58,916 nucleotides of DNA, from contig NC_069003.1 in the NCBI RefSeq assembly GCF_001194135.2, positions 37,557,092 to 37,616,007 on the forward strand, given 5' to 3'. Under the pieces are notes generated by a model. It saw only the letters and a program-made list of their open reading frames with translations. It was not told where the DNA came from and searched no databases. Positions within the stretch are counted from its first letter, which is position 1, and each line of letters starts with the position of its first letter. The DNA comes from Octopus bimaculoides (lineage: Eukaryota). The translations under genes and the position numbers were made by a program. Positions 50,025 to 58,916 of this stretch are shown one piece after another.

Positions 50025-51154
50025 CTGCAGAAGAAAGAGAAATGAAGAGAGTCAAAGGTAAATAGAGATATTTGGGTTGATGGGTAGGTAGGTGGTTGAA
50101 TGAGAGAGAGAGAGAGCAACAAATGCATTAGTGGTTCCCAACTTGTGTCCATATGACTCAGGAGGCAGGGTCCATAGAAGATTTTTAAAATTTCTGTGGA
50201 ATGAATAGCTTATATTTTTACAATATAGAAAATATTTAAATTTTTTTAATACAATTCCTAATAACATTTAATTATAAAAATACAGTACAATGCACAAACC
50301 ATCCAACTTACACCAGCATGGAAAATGATGATGATCAGTAAAATATGAATCCAAAGGGTCCATGGGCAAAAAATGGTTGAGAACCAATCAGACAGACAGA
50401 CAAATAGATGAGACACAGACAGAGAGATAAGGCAGAGCTAGAAAGTTTTGAAGAGGAAGAGAAAGGAGATACATGAATTAGAACTAAGTAAAGGTAAAGG
50501 TGGCAGAAAATCTTCCAATAAAAGCAAGGGAAGTTTTCCACTGTTGGTTTCCATTGCAGATACTAACTGTTGGTCACAACTACTAACAGAGGTGTCCTCA
50601 TTCTTTTTAACAAAAAATAAGATTTGAACTCAGAAAGCAAGGGATAGGAACAGAGAACACAAGATGTCTCATTTAATGCTCTAAAAATTCCATCAATCCA
50701 CTGCTTTAGATTGGGATTTTATTTATTGATTCCAAAAGGACGAAAAGCAAACTTGACCTCAGCAGAATTTGAACCTCAAAAGGCAGTGACTTTGACAGTC
50801 CTGGTCAAACTGTACAATCCATGCCAGCATGGACAATGGACATTAAATGAAGATGATGATGATATACTCGTTACATGAATATATCCATACACACAAATAT
50901 ATAATTGTCTACTTCCCTTAAACAGTTAAAACATTTGGAGATAGCTTTTGGTTATACTAACAGTGTATTAAACATGAACAAATGACTATCAAAAAATTAA
51001 AAGTTCTGAATTTCATGGGGATGCAATGGGACTGATCTTGAAACCATGTACTTACAAAGTGATTTTAACCACACAGCCATACCTATACCAACACATTCAC
51101 AACAACATTGCAACACACTACCAAACTCTATCATACACACACACACACACAGAC

Positions 51155-51357
51155 CTTAGCTCTTCTTGTTCTTTCCGTCGTCTGATCTCCTCCTTCTCTC
51201 GCTGTTTCTCCAGGAGAATCTGCTTCCGTTTCTCAGCTTGCTCCTCTTTGTCTCGTTGCTCTCGTTCAGCTCGAAGGTCAGGTGATCTTTCTTCCTTGGT
51301 CTTTAGTAACCGGTTCACGATACTATTCTGTCTCTTTTCGACATGCACTCTGTGTAC
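51155..51357 (-). CDS. CCDC25: CCDC25 coiled-coil exon
   Basis: tgtcag acceptor, gtctgt donor, 203 nt. Encodes VHRVHVEKRQNSIVNRLLKTKEERSPDLRAEREQRDKEEQAEKRKQ...EELR. Confidence 0.95.
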
Positions 51358-52089
51358 CTGACATACAAAATGCAATAATATTAATGTTTCTGAACATTGG
51401 CAAAATACCACAAACATTGTAGGGAGAATTCAATCAGTTACACAGACTCGAAAGAAAGACAAATTTCTTCCGGCAAGAATTGAATTTAGAATCTAAAAGA
51501 ATACATACAATTACATATGCGCTACTGATTCTGCAAATTCAGTACCATACCACCACCACCACCACCACCACCTACTAGTAATAATGCTTGGTAATTATGT
51601 CCTAAGGCCAGCAATTCTGAGAAGCAGGAACAGTTGATTACACTGTCCCTTGTAATCCACTGGTACTTATTTTATTGACCCCAAAATATTTGACAGGCTA
51701 AGTCAACATTAGTTGCATTTGAATTCAAAATGTTAAAAGAGAGAAGAAATACTGCTGAACATGTCCAGGATGGTAACTATTCTGCAAGCTAACCACTTTA
51801 ATGCAAGCAACAATAATGTAGGATCAAATAAACAGTGAGAGAAAAATGACACAAGTCAATGACTTAGAGGTTTTGCGTTTTAGAATTCTGCAAACCACAT
51901 GGCTTCAGGTTCAGTCTAACTAAACAATACCTTGAGTGGCAAGTGTCTTCTACTATAAGGTATTCAGATTAAATTTGATTTTTTTAGGTCTCCATTTTTT
52001 TAAAAACAGTCTGATGTATTGTGAACAGTCAACAGCATTGGCGAGTGTAAAGATTAAAGTTGTAGTTAAGAGAAAATTATATGACATGG

Positions 52090-52745
52090 AGGACTGGAAG
52101 CCATCTGAATTTTGGAAAACAGTTAGCTGTATCATGACGATTCATGCCAGGTATCAAATGGCTGATATCATAACTGTTGTTCAATGTTCAGTGAACATTG
52201 TAAAGGCTGTAAAATGTGACATGAACAGCTGCAATGAAGACTATGAAACCATGGCTAGCAGGAGAGAAAACATTAGGTATTCTGTCTGCACACTGGAATT
52301 CATGCTCACATCTTTGAACAGGCCTGTGAATTCAATTCAGACTGTTATGTGAAGCTGCTAGAGACTGTGGTCAATACCTAGCTGGAAGACTATTTGAGTG
52401 ACAGTAAGATTCAGCCCCTGCCATACTGCCACAAAGTGCCAGAAGTGGTTGACAGAGATTTTCTATGACTTCAGCAGCCCAATTTCTGGTCACCTAATTC
52501 TCCCAATTCTACCAATATAATGTATGGGGATATGGCTGAGAAAGACGCCAGTTGCTCTGTTTTCAACACCAAGGCCAACGTGGTGGACAAGATCAAGGAG
52601 TTGTTTGAAGAATCTCCCAGGATCACAGTGAGGAATGTATCCACCAGGTTCCAGAGCCATCTTGAGGCTATGGAGGAAGCTGAAGGCAGCTACTTTGAGT
52701 AAACTGTTATCTCCCAACCATAATTTAGTTGATATTTTTGGATTT
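52090..52745 (+). pseudogene. Tc1/mariner (maT/DD37D-like) transposase relic
   Basis: DSAP(A)HTATKCQKWL, then WSPNSPN...RFQSHLEAMEEAEGSYFE*, with frameshifts and deletions. Confidence 0.8.
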
Positions 52746-52759
52746 TTTAAATTGCCAGA

Positions 52760-52975
52760 ACCGCCTGACTGGCCTTCGTGCCGGTGGCACGTAAAAGCAC
52801 CCACTACACTCTCGGAGTGGCTCGCGTTAGGAAGGGCATGCAGCTGTAGAAACTCTGCCAAATCAGATTGGAGCCTGGTGTAGCCATCTGGTTTCACCAG
52901 TCCTCAGTCAAATCGTCCAACCCATGCTAGCATGGAAAGCGGATGTTAAACGATGATGATGATGATGATGATGAT
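52760..52975 (+). mobile_element. (GAT)n-tailed retroposon
   Basis: Family consensus ending ggatgttaaacgatgatgatgat. Confidence 0.75.
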
Positions 52976-54209
52976 ACATATATATATACATATATATATG
53001 AGAGAGCGCACAAGACTAACCAATGTCTTGCAAGAGAATTCAGTAGCCAGAAACTGAAAGCTTGTGTGTGTGTGTGTGTGTGTGCGCACGTGCGTGTGAG
53101 TGCAAATTTGTGTCTGTAAGATTGGTAACAAAAATACACTAAGTTTTGTCTACAGTGACACAGCTACAGACAATAACATCTTTTTGTGGCTGGGCTGCAA
53201 CAAGTGACATTTGTTGACATTTCCAATCAGCTAATCGGAAGCCAACACTTTGCTTTCAAATTATTCTGAGATTAAAAAAAACATGCCTTCGTTAGAAAAG
53301 AAAAAACAATAATTGGTGACAAAGGGTGCATTCAGATTTAGAAATCCTATCTCAATGTTCATGTCTAAGACATGCTAGTATGGAAAAACAAAATTATAAA
53401 AATTGTGTGTGCATATATCATATAGTTAGGAGTATGTAGCAGTGTACTTGTGAGGAACTTTAGAAGAGTAAAATAGGGTCAACAAGCAATGAAAATGAAA
53501 GAATTGTTGATGACCAACAAATATTTTTGTTTCCATTTTCTGGCAAGGGACACAATTCTTGATCTATATTAAACATCAACAGAACTGTACCTTCACTGTA
53601 ACACACTGTGAGGTTAGGGTTAGTAAACAAATCGTTAAGTAAATTTACACAGATGTTGGTGATGTAGAATGTCAAAATTGCTTAAAAATTAAAATAATTC
53701 TATGACGCCATCTACATAATAATATATAGGATAAGCTGAGTTATTTCGCTTTGCTGCAGGAGGACATAAGGTTACTTAATATAATCAGAAATTTAAAATA
53801 AACAAAATATATAAAAAAGAAGAAAAGAGAGAGACATATAATCCTAACTCGCATAATCAAATTTAGAATTGAATTGTTAATAGAGTGGCTTCTCTTCTTC
53901 CAACTTAGTCGGAATCTTTGGCTCATCATTGAAATGCATCCTTTGTCAAGACCTTTAAATATGTCACCTGCTTCTCTTCTCATGTGCATCATTTCACTGA
54001 TGAGCTTTTTTGACATAAGTCCTTTTATTCAAAGAGGTTCTTTCCTGGAAATGCTGCTCTCTGTAACTCACTACCATCATCTTCTTTGATATTCAGTCCT
54101 TTAAACCTTCTGTCTATCAACATATTTTGAATCTGTAGGCCTGTCTTTCATCTCTTTACAGTGACCTCAAACCTTGTTTGGGACAAAATCATAGAAAAAA
54201 AATACTGAC

Positions 54210-54313
54210 CTCTTTTTCTGAATTAAATCCAACCTGCCCCACATCCATACTTGGTGTTTTCTTCAGGTTACTCCACATTGTATAAACTACATCTACATTG
54301 TTCATTTTGTTGC
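54210..54313 (-). CDS. CCDC25: CCDC25 exon ([35 protein letters not shown])
   Basis: tttgcag acceptor, gtcagt donor, 104 nt. Absent from the supplied ORF track. Confidence 0.95.
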
Positions 54314-55782
54314 CTGCAAATAAAAGACAACATCAGTACTAACTCACTTGATTCAAACCAATCAAAACTGCCCCTGGTTCTGTGATATAAATTTCTTATT
54401 TAAAGTTATCTAAATTAAAATATTTCATTTATGTAATTTGGTTTGCAAGGTTCTTGATGAAAGGACTTTGACAAATGTAGCTGATTGATTGATTAAATAA
54501 ATGATTAATCAAACAATCAAGTGGCATAATGACCCTCCCAAGATACAACAAAATTAAATAAAAATCTTTTATCAAAACTTTATGTTAATTTATGTTCCAA
54601 ATGAAAACTAAAAGTCCACTTTCGGTCATGAATGACCATGGGATTGTATCTAGAATGTTCCTTTCTTAAGCACAAGTCCAGGGGAGGCTGTTTATGGAAG
54701 ACCAGCAGTCGCCCATGCATACCAGTTTCCTTTCTCCATACCATCAATGTTATCCAAGAGAAAGGCAAAGGCTGATACAGCTTGGTACCAATGACGTCGC
54801 AACTCATTTCTACAGATGAATAGACTGGAGCAACATGAAATAAAGTGTCTTGTTCAAGAACGCAACACATAGCTCAGTCCAGGAATTGAACTGACAGTCT
54901 CCCGATTGTGAGCCTGATGCTCTAACCATTGAGTCATGCACCTTCACTATATTCCAAATACCAGCTTAATAATGATAACGTTATTTTACTACATTCTCCA
55001 TTATTTCTTTTCAAAATTAATTGAAATATAGACTCATGCTAGCATGGAAGGCAGACATTAAACAATGATGATGATGAATGTGCAATTCAGTAGAAATTTG
55101 GAAACAAAAGAGTTAAGGATTTCCTAAGTAGCAGAGAGGGAGAGAAGTGCTGATACTAATATGACTCCCAATAACAATTATGAAAGTTCATTGATATTCG
55201 AATTTGCCATTAATGGTAACAAATTATCTGCGGTTGCCAAAGAAAAGATTGTTGGGTGAAAGGTATATGGCAATGGCGATTATCCTAGAGAATTAGTGTT
55301 CATAGTGGTTAACTCTGACAAAAAAAACCCCACAAAACTGTTTATTGTGACTGCCATAAATGGGAGTAGCCATATTGAATAAAACTGGTTGAGTCCACCA
55401 TAGACATTGTATAACATCTTGGCTCAGTGAAAGACTATGCCATTTATTTAGAACTAATATTTGAGAAAGGCTTTATAACAAGAATAAGGGCCACCATGAA
55501 TGATATAAATTTACCAGAAACACAACCACTGATGACAACTGGCACATCCATATGAGATGGTATCAAAAATTTCCAGACTAATTTTGTAGCATACCAACAG
55601 ATGGCAGCACATGGTTGCATGCACAGTGAGAGTTAGTAGTGACCTTCATGTGCCAGCTTAACCACATGACCATGCATGTGCATATATGAATTCTCTTATA
55701 AAATAGATATAGCTCTAGTTATAATGCTGATTCTGAAATGAAAAAAACAAACAAAAGAAGATGTTACCAGCTGGCTGCTCAC

Positions 55783-55858
55783 CTTGAATGCTGTTTGCTT
55801 TGACTAACTGAGCACAGTCATCAATCACAGTCTGTGGGATATCATCTATTGAGTCTCC
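55783..55858 (-). CDS. CCDC25: CCDC25 exon (GDSIDDIPQTVIDDCAQLVKANSIQG)
   Basis: ctcaacag acceptor, gtgagc donor, 76 nt; DCAQLVKANSIQG signature. Confidence 0.95.
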
Positions 55859-58100
55859 CTGTTGAGAACAATATGAAAAGAGAAGACACACGAGATAAAG
55901 TATAGATTCTAGCAGAACAAATGAGACGGTGTCTATGTTACATTTCAAGGTTTAAAAAGGGCAGTGGATTGAGGGTTGAACAAAAGACCTTGCAATTTTC
56001 AGTTACCACTAAGTTCTGAACTGAAATCCTACAAATTATAACAGTACTATGATAACCACTACACCACGAAGAAACTTTACAGGACTGCTTGGCTTGATAG
56101 AAACAACAGCATTTGTTACCTCACACAAATACACTTGGATGAAATGAGGGAGTACAGTGTTATTGCAACATAAGAAAGAAAAAAAGAGCAAAAGAAGGAA
56201 AGGAAGGAGAAAAAGAAAGAAAGTAGGAGAAACATTGAGCAGTAATCGATATCTCCAGTATACCAAGAAGAGAGCCTTTACAACAGGGATAAGGGAACTC
56301 CTCACCTGTGTGCAAGATGTTCTTACCTGTATTCAAATTTGAAAGAGCCTACTGAATGAAAGAGTCATTAAAATCCAATATGAAATGAAAAACTTTGAGA
56401 TCCAAGACTTAAACAGAAATTGACCACAAGTTCCAAAACTATGAATTGGTAAGATTAATGATTAATTAACCATTTATGTATTATACTTCACGTATATACA
56501 CCATTGATAGGTCAGTTGCTGCAGTATTCATCCAGAGACAAGAGTTCTTATGGGCATGCTGTATTAAAAACAATAAATACAGGAGTAAGACAAAAAATTA
56601 CCCCAGCAGCAGCAGCAGCTGAGGCTCAAAAAGACTGACATGTATCTGACATTCTCACTCACCAATTCTTGAGTGATTTTTGTCTCCCTCTGATAGTTAT
56701 TTTTTAACATATCACATCCATAAGAAATGTTATTTTAACACAAATACCATAGTAACTGGCCTATCAATAGCGAATATATGTTAAGTATAATACATAGATG
56801 GCTATTTTAATTTAATATTGCCTTGATTGCATAATGTTAATTATTTTCCTGAGCATGAATGAATCCTTTCAAGTCATTATACACCTGCAATTTAGTCTTG
56901 TAATGCAAAGATAAATAAGGGTCCAAACCTCTGTTCTATGTTGTCACTTGACCAGCTAGAAATGGAAGTAAGATTTTCTTTAAATCACATAGTTTATTGT
57001 CTCAAAAAAAAAAAAAAAAAGGGCAATATTCAAGGCTACATGGGATAACAAAATATTAGAAATACAATATCTAAATAAAAAACAGGATGGCTGTGGTTGA
57101 AAAATTTTTTGATTATCTACAAAAGCAGCATTGCACCAAGGGCTACACAATAACAAATACCCAGTCATTATATCTCATAGCATATAGGGTAGAGACAAGA
57201 TGGCAAAATGGATTAAATATTGAGTAGCCAACTCATTGGTCATTGAGTTCAAAACCCACAAGAGAGATGTCTGTTTGTGTTTCTAGGTAGAACACTTCAT
57301 TCTGCACTGCTCTAGTTCATCTATCCCTCTGAGAATGTTACCTATCATGGAACTGGTTTCACATATTTTGTGATGAAGATTTATGTCCTATATACTAAGT
57401 TCCAATCTCAAATCAACAGTCACACACTTCCCTACTTACCCATCTTTTCTGTTCCTCTATCTCTGTTCTCTCTCTTCCGTTCACCTTTGTATTCATCTCT
57501 TCAACAAAACCCCTTTCCCTATCCCTCTATCATACTTTCACATCCTTCAATAATATATCCTACTCAGCTGAGGTCTTGTCTTATGAGTACTTGATGACCT
57601 CATTAGTGCTGGGGCCATGTATAAAGTGGTACTGTATAAAGTGGTAAGCATTAGGAAGGGCATTCAGCTGCAGAAACCATTCCAATGCAGATGTTGGTGC
57701 TTAGTATAGCACTCTGGCTCATTTTCTGTTGAAACTATCCAACCCACACTTGCATGGAAAAAATGGAAATTAAATGATGATGATGATAATGATGACTTCA
57801 TGCTAACCTTAAAAGCCAAAACGGAGCACTTGCACTCAGAAGCATCCCTTACCATTATCAAAGATTTTCAAAGGTATTTAGATTGGAATCTTTTTTTTAA
57901 TGGTTCAGTTAAGAGGAAGGAGCTGTGCCTATCTCTGCAGGCAAATAGTAAAATTGATATTATTGGTGTTCCTCTCAAATGAATGCAAGTTTAATAGCTG
58001 TAGGAAAATCCAGGAGTTGATATTCAGGGAGAAGAACTCAAAGTGGTTAGGGCAGATATGGAAATGAGGACACAATATGGAAAAATACAAAGGGAGTTAC

Positions 58101-58152
58101 CTTATGTAGACGTAGGTAGACATGGGCAGAGGAAACTTTATCAACATGAAAC
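58101..58152 (-). CDS. CCDC25: CCDC25 exon (W/FHVDKVSSAHVYLRLHK)
   Basis: tttgtttcag acceptor, gtaact donor, 52 nt; FHVDK.SSAHVYLRL signature of the NFACT-R domain. Confidence 0.95.
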
Positions 58153-58574
58153 CTGAAACAAAAAAAAATGATATGCTGTTGTGACTATTTAGACAAAAAA
58201 TTCTTCAGTAACCACAGGGCCCAACTCTGGCATTTAGGCAGGATTCTTTAGCTTATTTACAGCTAGCTACCTCATTTATCTACAACCAGTTACCTTGGCC
58301 ATTCTCGAATGGAGTAAGTGGAGCAAGAACACAAATGGAAACGAAAAGTGTCACTGAAGAGGTCACCAATGTGTGATGAAAGATTTCTGGACAATTGACA
58401 GGCATTAAAATAATACAATAAGAACAGTAATAAACAAGTGAAGAAGAAAAAAAAAGTCTGTGCTTATTAGGCAGAAAATAAATGAATAATAAATAAAATG
58501 ACCCTCTCAAAAATACAACAATATTTGTTTCAATACACAATTTCATATTAGGAATCTTGTAAAATGAATTTATA

Positions 58575-58614
<40 letters not shown>

Positions 58615-58693
58615 NNNNNNNNNNNNNNNNNNNNNNNNNNNNNNNNNNNNNNAAATAAATGGAGTTAAATGCAGATGTTATTCAAATTCTTTT

Positions 58694-58780
58694 ACTTCCG
58701 ACATGTTTCGAAGATATCACTGGTATTATTCCAAAGGAATGAAATGGGGTAAAACAATGTAATCTTCTCTTCAGGGAAAT
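58694..58780 (-). ncRNA. Type I minimal hammerhead ribozyme (Penelope pLTR type), core intact
   Basis: Minus strand reads auuucc-CUGAAGA-gaagau...aucuuc-GAAA-CAUGUC-ggaagu: 6-bp stem I, 6-bp stem II plus extension, palindromic ACAUGU stem III, GUC cleavage triplet ending at 58700. Confidence 0.85.
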
Positions 58781-58916
58781 GAAGAAATGAAACTCGTCAA
58801 TAAGACATCTTAACAGAATATGATGGAAATGTAAAGTGATTAACTGAACGCTATTAAGTTTGTTTTAAAAAAACGTTAGAGGATATAACGTCAAAGGTAG
58901 CCTATAGAAGGAGGGG

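Noticed and set aside
53990-54070. CTGATGAG followed by a hairpin and a later GAAA
   Set aside because: An 11-nt insertion separates stem II from GAAA and no stem I can be formed, so it is not a hammerhead.

Overview
Eukaryotic, AT-rich, microsatellite- and retroposon-dense genomic DNA with many N gaps. The SINE/RTE repeat families suggest an octopus-like cephalopod; this is inference, not a database match. Two spliced genes can be rebuilt with GT-AG borders and consistent phases. One is a divergent SLC16/monocarboxylate-transporter-family gene (+, five exons, 15932-23531, first coding exon not found). The other is CCDC25 (-, six exons, 58152-46701, 5' exons outside the window). An isolated 264-nt exon resembling GANP/MCM3AP lies at 26187-26450 (-). 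The dominant oddity is a ~16 kb composite satellite at 26630-42655. It begins with a 220-bp satellite that is an 11-mer higher-order repeat of a 20-bp monomer. Next comes ~12.6 kb of CpG-dense irregular TTCG/TACG repeat arranged as two inverted arms that flip at self-complementary TACG runs. It ends in a 20-bp minisatellite fused to a Penelope-like GIY-YIG endonuclease relic. Two Penelope-type minimal hammerhead ribozyme motifs are present: a degenerate one at 44386-44473 (+) and an apparently intact one at 58694-58780 (-), sense to and probably intronic in CCDC25. The rest is decayed Tx1/L1, RTE, Penelope, Merlin, Tc1/mariner, pogo-like and piggyBac fragments plus SINEs. Most ORFs in the supplied track are artefacts of simple repeats or gaps. 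Repeat boundaries are approximate and were read by eye.
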